In this document: positions 17,748-26,762 of the stretch, piece after piece | How positions within the stretch are numbered: position 1 is the stretch's first letter | How the letters are laid out: the number at the start of each line of letters is the position of its first letter | NCBI GenBank assembly: GCA_043825875.1 | Contig: JBDRRF010000110.1 | Span: forward strand, 1 to 64,000 | Length of the DNA stretch: 64,000 nucleotides | Source: Pseudomonadota bacterium | Lineage (GTDB): Bacteria; Desulfobacterota; Desulfobacteria; Desulfobacterales; RPRI01 | Direction: 5' to 3' | The notes under the pieces: generated by a model | What the model was told of the DNA's origin: nothing | Seen by the model: the letters and a program-made list of their open reading frames with translations, nothing else | The model's database searches: none | Made by a program: the position numbers and the translations under genes

Positions 17748-17778
17748 AGTCCAAAAGCAAAAGGAGCAATAAAGATAA

Positions 17779-18126
17779 ATGCCCAGGCCTAAATGTCGCC
17801 GGCATGTTTGTGGTGTGCCGGATATAAATTATTTCAAGCCACGGGGGATACCCGCTACAGATCTGGAGGAAGTTGTTTTAAGCCTTGATGAATATGAAGC
17901 AATTCGTCTGGCAGATTACGATGCTTTATACCAGTCAGAAGCAGCGGCCAAAATGAACATTTCCCGCCAGACATTCGGCAGGATAATCGAAGCGGCTCAC
18001 AAAAAAATAGCTGACGTTCTGATAAATGGAAAAGCGCTTAAAATTGAAGGCGGGGAAGTTGCTTTCGGCGAAACAAAGACATGCGACAACGGAAAAGGAC
18101 GCAGGTCTAAAACAAATAATCAATAG
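17779..18126 (+). CDS. DUF134 HTH protein
   Basis: MPRPKCRR..FKPRG..EYEAIRLAD..Q-EAA-KMNISRQTF..ALKIEGG. Confidence 0.9.
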   Translation: MPRPKCRRHVCGVPDINYFKPRGIPATDLEEVVLSLDEYEAIRLADYDALYQSEAAAKMNISRQTFGRIIEAAHKKIADVLINGKALKIEGGEVAFGETKTCDNGKGRRSKTNNQ

Positions 18127-18178
18127 AGCCAATTGCAAAACGCCCCATTTTGGCCGATCTCTGAGTTGGGCTCAAATT
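18126..18178 (-). mobile_element. Truncated MITE end (copy 4)
   Basis: GAGCCAATTGCAAAACGCCCCATTTTGGCCGATCTCTGAGTTGGGCTCAAATTT matches positions 1-52. Confidence 0.75.
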
Positions 18179-18194
18179 TTAAAAGGAGAAATTT

Positions 18195-18557
18195 ATGAAA
18201 ATCGCATTGCCTTCAAATCAAAATCAGATTGATGAACACTTTGGACACTGTGAATATTTTACTGTATTTACCATTGACGATCAGAAAAAAATTCTATCGG
18301 AAGAAAAGCTTGCATCGCCAGCCGGTTGCGGTTGTAAATCGAATATTGCCGTTACACTCGCGCAGATGGGAGTAAGAATGATGATAGCCGGAAATATGGG
18401 ACAGGGAGCTGTTAATGTATTGAACAGCAACGGCATTGATGTTCTGCGCGGCTGCGCTGGAAACGTTAAAGATGTTACTGAAAGCTGGCTCGCTGGTAAC
18501 CTGAAGGATTCAGGCTTGGCTTGCGCTCAGCATGAGCATGGTTGTCATAACGATTAA
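18195..18557 (+). CDS. NifB/NifX-family Fe-Mo cluster-binding protein
   Basis: HFGHCEYF, GCGCK, IAGNMGQGA motifs. Confidence 0.85.
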   Translation: MKIALPSNQNQIDEHFGHCEYFTVFTIDDQKKILSEEKLASPAGCGCKSNIAVTLAQMGVRMMIAGNMGQGAVNVLNSNGIDVLRGCAGNVKDVTESWLAGNLKDSGLACAQHEHGCHND

Positions 18558-18639
18558 ATACTATAACGGACAGACTGACCGAAGTATTAACCGTATCAGT
18601 TAATAAACTCATGACTTGAAATAGAAAAAGTATTGCAAT

Positions 18640-19641
18640 CTATGCTTGCAATACTTTTTCAAGTTTTTGAAGATTTTCATCCTGTCCCACAACAATAACC
18701 GTATCACCGGCCTGAATCCTGGTTTCAGAGGAAGGATTAAAGGTCATACTTCCATCGTGATTTTTTATTGCTATGATAATAAGGTTGTATTTTTGTCTTA
18801 TTCCTGAATCTTTCAACATTATATTTATAATTTTTGAAGACGCACTCACAGGAATTTCTTCCATTCTAATATCATTGCCCTGCTCATTGTAAGCAAGTTC
18901 CAAAAAATTTGTAACGGCAGGCCGTAAAATTCGCTGAGACATGCTTATGGCCCCAAGTTCATAGGGTGATACAACAGTATTTGCTCCTGCCGCAATAAGT
19001 TTGGATTTTGCTTCATTTCGGGTTGCTCTGGCTGTTATATAAAGATCGGGATTAAGTTGTCTTGCGGTTAAAACAAGGAAAACATTGTCCGCATCCGAAG
19101 CAAGAACGGCAACAAGTCCTTTTGCTGTTTTTATTCCGGCTTTTATAAGGGTATTTTCTTCAATTGCGTCTCTGGATAAAAATAAAACACGATCCTCTTC
19201 CATAACAGGGATAAGGTCTTTTTGGCTTTCGATAACAACAAGGTCAAAATTTTTCTTGATCATCAGATTGCTGCACAGCACTTTACCTATTCTTCCATAT
19301 CCACAGATAATATAGTGGTTTTTGAGTTTGCTTATTTTTTTTTCCAATCTTCGCCTCCCTAAAATAGCTCTTATTCTTCCCTCGACCATGAATTGAACCA
19401 TGGCGCCTGCCATATAAAAGCAAAAACCGACACCAAAAAAGATAAGCAGGGCCGTGAAAACTCTTCCCGGCTCACTTAGTTTATGAACTTCGCTATACCC
19501 TACTGTGGAAATCGTAGTTATGGTCATATATATAGAATCGAATAAAGCCCAGCCTTCAATCATCATGTAGCCGACAGTACCAATAATACAAACAAGAAGA
19601 GTTAGCAGGACTGATAGTATAAGATGCTTTGTGCTATTCAT
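18640..19641 (-). CDS. Potassium channel with TrkA-N/TrkA-C (RCK) domains
   Basis: TISTVGY filter; HYIICGYGRIG; C-terminal FNPS..GDTVIVVG. Confidence 0.9.
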   Translation of the reverse strand: MNSTKHLILSVLLTLLVCIIGTVGYMMIEGWALFDSIYMTITTISTVGYSEVHKLSEPGRVFTALLIFFGVGFCFYMAGAMVQFMVEGRIRAILGRRRLEKKISKLKNHYIICGYGRIGKVLCSNLMIKKNFDLVVIESQKDLIPVMEEDRVLFLSRDAIEENTLIKAGIKTAKGLVAVLASDADNVFLVLTARQLNPDLYITARATRNEAKSKLIAAGANTVVSPYELGAISMSQRILRPAVTNFLELAYNEQGNDIRMEEIPVSASSKIINIMLKDSGIRQKYNLIIIAIKNHDGSMTFNPSSETRIQAGDTVIVVGQDENLQKLEKVLQA

Positions 19642-19867
19642 ATAAGTATATAGTATTCGTTAAATGTTAAATGCTAATCATAAGTCAATCAGCTAGAAGA
19701 TATCTATTTGCCTTTATTATTCAAGCGGCTTTATATCCGGCACAGGAGAAAGTTCCTATCGGATAGTTAATGATTTTTTGCATTTTTGTTATTTATATGC
19801 TAAACAGACAAATCTTTCAAGAATAGATTTATCAACTGAATTTATTTTATTTGGCAAAAAAACGAAT

Positions 19868-20524
19868 ATGCATAAAACAGCACTAAAATACGAGAAATTA
19901 CGCGAAGATATGGTGGAAAAGCAGGTCATATCACGGGGTATAACTGACCCTAAAGTACTTGCCGCAATGCTAAGAGTTCCCCGCCATCTTTTTGTAAATG
20001 ATGCTTTGATGGACCAGGCTTATGGTGATTATCCCCTTCCGATTGGTGAACAGCAGACGATATCACAGCCCTATATTGTTGCGGAAATGACTCAAGCCCT
20101 TGATCTGAATGAAGAAGACAGGGTGCTTGAAATCGGCACAGGCTCGGGTTATCAGGCAGCAGTTATTGCAGAAATTGTTTATCGGGTTTACACTATAGAA
20201 AGAATACATTCACTTTATGTCAAAACCAGGGCGCTTTTTGATAAGTTGCGGTATTTCAATATAGTAACCAAATATTCCGACGGAACCCTCGGGTGGCCGG
20301 TTGAAAGTCCTTTTGATGCAATAATAGTTACCGCAGGCGCTCCTGTTATTCCGGAAATCCTTATAAGCCAGCTTGCAAAAGGGGGACGATTGGTGATTCC
20401 TGTAGGGGATCAAAATACCCAGGAATTAACCAAAATATACAAAGATGGAAAAGGCATTCATCAGATAACTCTTGGCGGTTGCAGATTTGTCAAACTTATC
20501 GGAGAACAAGGCTGGAAGGAATAA
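19868..20524 (+). CDS. pcm: Protein-L-isoaspartate O-methyltransferase
   Basis: VPRHLF, QTISQPY, VLEIGTGSGYQAA; ATG at 19868 preferred over the ORF-track start. Confidence 0.92.
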   Translation: MHKTALKYEKLREDMVEKQVISRGITDPKVLAAMLRVPRHLFVNDALMDQAYGDYPLPIGEQQTISQPYIVAEMTQALDLNEEDRVLEIGTGSGYQAAVIAEIVYRVYTIERIHSLYVKTRALFDKLRYFNIVTKYSDGTLGWPVESPFDAIIVTAGAPVIPEILISQLAKGGRLVIPVGDQNTQELTKIYKDGKGIHQITLGGCRFVKLIGEQGWKE

Positions 20525-20528
20525 TAAT

Positions 20529-21110
20529 ATGCTTAGAAGAGTGTATGACTGGGTTTTAGGTTGGGCCAAAAAGCCTTATGGAACCTGGGCATTATTCATT
20601 TTAGCTTTTGCCGAATCTTCTTTTTTCCCGATTCCTCCCGATGTTCTTCTTATCGCACTTGCTATCGCTATCCCAAAAAAATCTTTTAAATATGCCCTGG
20701 TATGTTCTGCAGGTTCCATTTTGGGAGGCTGTTTCGGCTATCTTGTAGGATGGCAGTTTATGGAAGCAATCGGGGGCAAAATAATAGACTTTTACGGTTT
20801 TGCCGATCAATTCAATTATGTTCGGGAGCTTTTTACTAAATATGATGCATGGGCCATAGGTGTAGCCGGTTTTACTCCAATACCCTATAAGGTCTTTACT
20901 ATTTCAGCCGGTGCATTTAATATCAATTTTTTTGTTTTTTTTATCGCTTCTTTGATTTCCCGGTCTGCCAGGTTTTTTCTTGTTGGAGGCCTTATTTATT
21001 ATTTTGGCCCTAAAATCAAGGATTTTATTGATAAGTACTTTAATGCTCTTGCAGTGGGATTTACAGTACTTCTTATTGCAGGCTTTATAGTTATCAAATA
21101 CTTGTTATAG
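20529..21110 (+). CDS. YqaA/DedA (VTT) family membrane protein
   Basis: FAESSFFPIPPD, AGFTPIPYK, SRSARF motifs. Confidence 0.88.
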   Translation: MLRRVYDWVLGWAKKPYGTWALFILAFAESSFFPIPPDVLLIALAIAIPKKSFKYALVCSAGSILGGCFGYLVGWQFMEAIGGKIIDFYGFADQFNYVRELFTKYDAWAIGVAGFTPIPYKVFTISAGAFNINFFVFFIASLISRSARFFLVGGLIYYFGPKIKDFIDKYFNALAVGFTVLLIAGFIVIKYLL

Positions 21111-21112
21111 GA

Positions 21113-23293
21113 TTAACTGCATTTTGAGTATCCGCATGAATGGCAAACAAGACAGCCTTCCTGATGCGTAATAACTCCGCTGCATTCCGGGCAAACTCCC
21201 ATCATAGCTTCATTGTCGATAAAAGAAAAATCCGTCCTGTGCTTAAGCGCTTTTGCTATTGCATCGGGGCATGAAAGCACCATTTCTCCGTTTTGCCATG
21301 CAGGAGAAGGGCATCGGATTCCAGTCAGCTGTTTTACTATAGCTTCAAGGCTAACCCCTGATCGCAAGGCAAGCGATATAAGACGGCCTGCCGCTTCAAT
21401 TTGAGATGAAGCACATCCGCCTGTCTTTCCCATCTGTGCAAAGACCTCACACATACCCTTGTCATCAGAATTTATTGTTACATATAAGTTTCCGCACCCT
21501 GTTTTTGTGCGTTCAGTGATTCCAACCGTACATTCAGGCCTTGGCCTTGGGGCAATTTTAACGGAATCTTTTTTTTCAGCACCAATGCTTAAAACCTGAT
21601 GGTCACGACTGCCGTAACGGTAGATTGTAATTCCTTTACAACCTTTTTCATGGGCAAGCATATATGCTTTTGCTATATCACTTCTTAAAGCATCCGGGCC
21701 AAAGTTAATGGTTTTTGAAACCGCATTGTCTGTATATTTCTGAAATGCCGCCTGAATGTTTATATGCTGCTCCGGTGCTATATCATGAGCAGTTTTAAAA
21801 AGATCTTTGGATTTATCAGGAATTCCTTCAAGTTTTTGAATTGATGTTCCGCTTGTTATTGTTTCTATCAGATTTTTGCTGTAAAAGCCTTCTGCTTTTG
21901 CAATTTCTACAAACAACGGATTAATATCGGAAAGTATTTTATCATCAAGAACTCTTCTTGTTTGAACGATACCGAATATGGGTTCAATACCACTTGATGT
22001 TCCTGCAATAATACTTATTGTGCCTGTAGGAGCTATTGTTGTAGTAGTGGCATTTCTCATATATGGTGTATCGGGGTTGTCATAAATACTTCCTTTATAA
22101 TCCGGAAAATTTCCCCGTTTTTTTGCCAGTGCAGCAGATGCACTCTTTGATTCTTTAATAATAAAAGACATTATTTTTTCGGCTGTATCAACAGCTTCTT
22201 GTGAATCATATGGTACTCCCAGTTTAATAAGCATATCTGCAAAACCCATCACACCTATACCTATTTTCCTGGTTCCTTTGCTCATTTTTTCAATGTGGGC
22301 AAGAGGATAGTTGTTGATCTCAATCACATTATCTAAAAAATGAACCGCATCATGAACGGTTTTTTTCAGGCGGTTATAATTTATTGCTTTTCCCGATAAC
22401 ATCGCAGACAGGTTTACAGAACCTAATGTACATGATTCATAAGGAAGAAGAGGTTGTTCACCGCAAGGATTTGTTGCTTCAATGTTTCCAAGATGAGGGA
22501 CCGGATTGTCCTGGTTAATCCTGTCTATAAATATTATACCCGGTTCACCGTTTAACCATGCGGAATGCACTATTGCATCAAAAATATTTTTTGCGAAAAC
22601 TCGTTTTACAGTCTTACCTGTCCTGGGATTTATCAGATCATATTCAGACTCTTTTCCGGATTCACTATTTAACGCATCCATGAAATCTTGCGTAAGAGCA
22701 ACTGATATATTAAAATTATTAAGCCTTCTTGTATCATTTTTGAGCTCAATGAAAGATTCTATATCGGGATGATCCACCCGCAAGATCCCCATGTTTGCCC
22801 CTCTGCGGGTACCGCCCTGCTTTACGGTTTCTGTTGCCACATCAAAAACAGTCATAAAAGATATAGGCCCGCTTGATACTCCGGCAGTGGAAAGCACAAT
22901 ATCTTTTTCAGGACGTATCCTGGAAAAAGAAAAACCTGTACCTCCTCCGCTTTTATGTATCATGGCCGTATGTTTTAATGTCTCAAAAATGCTGTCCATT
23001 GAATCTTCAATAGGCAAGACAAAACATGCGGCAAGCTGGCCGAGACGGCGGCCGGCATTCATAAGAGTTGGTGAGTTAGGCAGAAACCACAGGTTGGTCA
23101 AAAGCTTTAAAAACTTTTTTTCCGTTTTTTCAATATCAAATGGTTTTGCAAACAAAGAATCGGCAGACGCAATATGTTTTGCGACCCTCACAAACATATC
23201 CTCCGGCGTTTCTATCGCAATTCCTTCCTTGTTTTTTTTCAGATAGCGTTTTTCAAGCACTATCAAGGCATTATTTGAAAGGGGTATACTCAT
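21113..23293 (-). CDS. nrdJ: Vitamin B12-dependent (class II) ribonucleotide reductase
   Basis: PNSPTLMNAG, ACFV, TNPCGEQPL, APTGTIS; C-terminal TSCPD-like domain and Zn ribbon. Confidence 0.9.
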   Translation of the reverse strand: MSIPLSNNALIVLEKRYLKKNKEGIAIETPEDMFVRVAKHIASADSLFAKPFDIEKTEKKFLKLLTNLWFLPNSPTLMNAGRRLGQLAACFVLPIEDSMDSIFETLKHTAMIHKSGGGTGFSFSRIRPEKDIVLSTAGVSSGPISFMTVFDVATETVKQGGTRRGANMGILRVDHPDIESFIELKNDTRRLNNFNISVALTQDFMDALNSESGKESEYDLINPRTGKTVKRVFAKNIFDAIVHSAWLNGEPGIIFIDRINQDNPVPHLGNIEATNPCGEQPLLPYESCTLGSVNLSAMLSGKAINYNRLKKTVHDAVHFLDNVIEINNYPLAHIEKMSKGTRKIGIGVMGFADMLIKLGVPYDSQEAVDTAEKIMSFIIKESKSASAALAKKRGNFPDYKGSIYDNPDTPYMRNATTTTIAPTGTISIIAGTSSGIEPIFGIVQTRRVLDDKILSDINPLFVEIAKAEGFYSKNLIETITSGTSIQKLEGIPDKSKDLFKTAHDIAPEQHINIQAAFQKYTDNAVSKTINFGPDALRSDIAKAYMLAHEKGCKGITIYRYGSRDHQVLSIGAEKKDSVKIAPRPRPECTVGITERTKTGCGNLYVTINSDDKGMCEVFAQMGKTGGCASSQIEAAGRLISLALRSGVSLEAIVKQLTGIRCPSPAWQNGEMVLSCPDAIAKALKHRTDFSFIDNEAMMGVCPECSGVITHQEGCLVCHSCGYSKCS

Positions 23294-24195
23294 AGCCGAT
23301 TTGTTTTCAACTCGGTTTTCATATGTGTGATGAATGCATTGCTCAAGGGTGAAAGACTTCTTTGCTTGCTTAAGGTCAGATAAAAGCTGCGCTTAAGATC
23401 AAGACCTTCTATGGCAAGCGCTTTTAATGACCCTGCTTTTAAATCTTCCTTAACCGCTATTGTTGACAAAATTGATATCCCCACTTGATTTTTTATTCCT
23501 TGTCTCACGGCTTCCGTACTTCCCATCTGAGCAGCAATATTAAAGTCATTAATATCGCATCCGGCTTTATTTAAATTCTGTTCAATGGATTTTAATGTTC
23601 CTGATCCTCTTTCCCTCATTATAAATGGTTCTTCCATAAGCATTTTTAAGGTAACACTTTTTTTCTTTCCCCATTTATGAGCTGATGGAACAACAAGACG
23701 CATCTGATCATCGATAAGAATTTCCTGATGAATTCTTTTATCTTTTTTTGCTGCTCCGACAACTCCGAGTTCAATAAATCCCGAAAGCGTATCATTAATT
23801 ATTTTTTCAGTATCACCAATGATAAGTGAAAGTTTTATATCAGGATAAGTTTTGGTGAAACTTCCGGCAATTCTCGGAAGAATATACTCGCCGGGGATTG
23901 TGCTCCCGCCTATTACAAGATTTCCTTTAATATTACCCTGAAAACCGGACAGAGCACTTTCCATTTCATCGTAAAGTGCTATAAGTTTTTTTGCGTAAGA
24001 ATAAAGTAATATTCCTGCCTTTGTAGGGATTGCCTCTCTTGATAATCGATCTACCAGACGACAGCCTAAATGTGCTTCCAGATCTCTCATATGGCTGCTA
24101 ACGGTAGGCTGAGAAATATAAACAGCTTCCCCTGCCTTTGAAAAGCTTTTTTGCTCAATTACTTTACAGAATATTTTAAGATGCCAAAGGTCCAT
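23290..24195 (-). CDS. LysR-family regulator (CysL/selenium-metabolism-associated type)
   Basis: SFSKAGE..SQPTVS HTH; GGSTIPGEY; RERGSGT. Confidence 0.88.
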   Translation of the reverse strand: MDLWHLKIFCKVIEQKSFSKAGEAVYISQPTVSSHMRDLEAHLGCRLVDRLSREAIPTKAGILLYSYAKKLIALYDEMESALSGFQGNIKGNLVIGGSTIPGEYILPRIAGSFTKTYPDIKLSLIIGDTEKIINDTLSGFIELGVVGAAKKDKRIHQEILIDDQMRLVVPSAHKWGKKKSVTLKMLMEEPFIMRERGSGTLKSIEQNLNKAGCDINDFNIAAQMGSTEAVRQGIKNQVGISILSTIAVKEDLKAGSLKALAIEGLDLKRSFYLTLSKQRSLSPLSNAFITHMKTELKTNRL

Positions 24196-24196
24196 T

Positions 24197-24694
24197 TTAT
24201 TTAGAATTGGAATTAAATCCGAATTTTTCTTTTAATTTTTGATTAACTACAGGAGGAACCATTCCTACAATATTGCCGTCAAATTCTGCGGCTTGTTTAA
24301 TTATTGAGGAGCTTGTAAAAATCCACCTCAAACCGGTCATAAGGAACACAGTCTGTATATCCCTGTTAAGCCGTCTGTTCATAAGCGCCATCTGAAATTC
24401 ATAATCAAAATCCGACAAGGCCCTCATTCCCCTAAGTATGGCATGACTTTTCTTCTTCAGCGCGTAATCAACAAGAAGCCCATCGAATGTATCTATTTCG
24501 GTATTCTTTATTTTTTTCAAGCTTTGTTCAAGCATTTCAATCCGTTCATCAATTGTAAACAGACATTTTTTATTCGGGTTATGTAAAATAGCAACAATTA
24601 CCTTATCAAAAAGCTTAAGACCTCTTTCAATTATATCAATATGACCGTTTGTAACAGGATCAAAGGAGCCGGGGTAAATAGCAATTCTTCGCAT
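24197..24694 (-). CDS. coaD: Pantetheine-phosphate adenylyltransferase
   Basis: YPGSFDPVTNGH, RGMRALSDFDYE. Confidence 0.95.
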   Translation of the reverse strand: MRRIAIYPGSFDPVTNGHIDIIERGLKLFDKVIVAILHNPNKKCLFTIDERIEMLEQSLKKIKNTEIDTFDGLLVDYALKKKSHAILRGMRALSDFDYEFQMALMNRRLNRDIQTVFLMTGLRWIFTSSSIIKQAAEFDGNIVGMVPPVVNQKLKEKFGFNSNSK

Positions 24695-24770
24695 TGATTA
24701 ATATAATCCGTATTTTTTATGTGTTATAATTTTTACTGTATAAGTCGTTTCTATACTCTATGTTTGTTTA

Positions 24771-25334
24771 TTATACCATGTATTTTAAAAATGAAACAAA
24801 GGTTTTTCCATATTTTCTCTGATCCGTTATCTTGTAAACAGAAATATTTTCAGGAAGAGTTTCCCGCAAATCATGTTCAATTACTATAGAAGCGTTATTT
24901 TCAAGAACTCTGCTTTTTGAAAGATTAATTAAAGCAGGGGTTATAAGATCCTTGTTATAAGGAGGATCCATAAACACAAGACTAACAGCAGGAATCGTGT
25001 GAGTATATTCAATATTTTTTTTTGAAATGTCAAATCTTGCAATTGCAATTCTTTCCGTAAGTCCGCAGGCTTTAATATTTTTGCTGATAGTTGAAACAGC
25101 TTCTTTATCGTTATCTATAAATATTGCATAGGATGCTCCCCTGCTTAATGCTTCTATTCCCAATGCTCCTGTTCCTGCAAAAAGATCAAGTACTACAGAA
25201 TCAACAACCTTATTGGAAAGAATATTAAAGATACTCTCTCTTAGGCGTCCTGATGTCGGTCTTATTTTTAAACCTTTTGCAGAAAAAAGTTTTTTGCCTT
25301 TCAAGTCTCCGCTTATTATCTTAAGACCGGTCAA
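24771..25334 (-). CDS. rsmD: 16S rRNA m2G966 methyltransferase
   Basis: RPT..RESIFN, LDLFAGTGALGIEALSRGA, DPPY. Confidence 0.93.
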   Translation of the reverse strand: MTGLKIISGDLKGKKLFSAKGLKIRPTSGRLRESIFNILSNKVVDSVVLDLFAGTGALGIEALSRGASYAIFIDNDKEAVSTISKNIKACGLTERIAIARFDISKKNIEYTHTIPAVSLVFMDPPYNKDLITPALINLSKSRVLENNASIVIEHDLRETLPENISVYKITDQRKYGKTFVSFLKYMV

Positions 25335-25335
25335 T

Positions 25336-26688
25336 TTACAAACTCTTTATTATTTTATAAAGATAACTTCGACCAACATCAATTTTTTTTGCGGTTTTGG
25401 AAATATTTTTATCATTTTCCGACAACTTTATTTTAATAAATTCTTTTTCAAAAGCCTGCTTAGCATCTTTTAACCGATCAATTAAAAACAACTCGGATTT
25501 GGCCGGTTCAGGAACTTCTTCAACAGCCGGTTTGTATTGATCCGGTATATCGGAAACATCAATAATATTTTCCCTGGTCATTATGGCAAGCTGATTAACA
25601 AGATTCTTTAGCTCTCTCACATTGCCGGGCCACAAATAGTTGGATAATAGTTCGATGGCTTCCGGGGAAAGTGCTTTCTTTTCATTATTGTTCTCTATCG
25701 CAAATTCAGCCAAAAAAGTATCGATTAAAACAGGAATATCATCTTTGCGGCTTCTTAATGCAGGAACCTCAATCGGAACAACATTAAGACGGTGATACAG
25801 GTCTTCTCTGAAACTACCTTTTTCAATTTCTATTTCAAGAGGTTTATTGCTTGCAGCAATAAACCTTGCCTTTATATTCATAACCCTGTTTCCACCTATC
25901 CTCTGAAACGTTTTTTCCTGAAGTGCTCTAAGTATTTTAGCCTGGGTTTTCAGGCTCATATCACCGATATTGTCAAGAAAGATAGTTCCACTGCCGGCCA
26001 ATTCAAATTTGCCTATCTTTTTTGAAATTGCTCCTTCAAATGCTCCCTTTTCATGTCCGAAAAGTTCGCTTTCTATCAGCTCATCCGGAATTGTCACACA
26101 ATCAACGGTAATAAAAGACCCATCCACACGAGGACTAAGCTGAAAAATTGTTCGCGCAACAAGTTCTTTACCTGTTCCATTTTCACCCGTAATTAAAACC
26201 CATGCTTCGGATGGAGCAACAGCGGCTATTTTTTTCTTAAGATAAACAATAGCCTCGCTGTTTCCGGTCACAGAATTTTTTTCTATTGTTTTCTTTCGAA
26301 GATATCTGTTTTCTTCTTCCAGTCTTCTAAAATTTAAGGCATTATTTATTGTAACTATTATCTTATCAATTGAAAGGGGTTTTTCAATCAAATCGTATGC
26401 GCCAAGCTTAATGGCTTTAACTGCAGTCTCAATATTGCCATGTCCCGTTATTATAATGACTTGTATATGGGGATTGTCTTTTTTAATTTGTTTTAAAGTT
26501 TCTATTCCGTCAATACCCGGCATCCATATATCTAAAAGAACAAGATCAGGCGATTCCTTATCTATAATCTTTAAACCTTCATATCCGTTTGAAGCCAACA
26601 TTACTTCAAAACCTTCATCTGCAAGAAGACCTTTTAAAGATTGAAGAATTGACGGGTTATCATCTACTATTAGTATCGATGGAAACAT
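25336..26688 (-). CDS. ntrX: NtrC/NtrX-type response regulator (REC-AAA+-HTH)
   Basis: LLDIWMP receiver, GENGTGKE, WPGNVREL; adjacent to ntrY. Confidence 0.8.
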   Translation of the reverse strand: MFPSILIVDDNPSILQSLKGLLADEGFEVMLASNGYEGLKIIDKESPDLVLLDIWMPGIDGIETLKQIKKDNPHIQVIIITGHGNIETAVKAIKLGAYDLIEKPLSIDKIIVTINNALNFRRLEEENRYLRKKTIEKNSVTGNSEAIVYLKKKIAAVAPSEAWVLITGENGTGKELVARTIFQLSPRVDGSFITVDCVTIPDELIESELFGHEKGAFEGAISKKIGKFELAGSGTIFLDNIGDMSLKTQAKILRALQEKTFQRIGGNRVMNIKARFIAASNKPLEIEIEKGSFREDLYHRLNVVPIEVPALRSRKDDIPVLIDTFLAEFAIENNNEKKALSPEAIELLSNYLWPGNVRELKNLVNQLAIMTRENIIDVSDIPDQYKPAVEEVPEPAKSELFLIDRLKDAKQAFEKEFIKIKLSENDKNISKTAKKIDVGRSYLYKIIKSL

Positions 26689-26762
26689 TGGTTTTTATCC
26701 CTTCCTCCCCTATTCTGTGGTTTATACCCTCAGAACGTATTAATCTACTTTTAACAAGCCCA

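Noticed and set aside
23290..24770. Cobalamin riboswitch for nrdJ
   Set aside because: nrdJ is translationally coupled to lysR, leaving no leader; no B12-box seen
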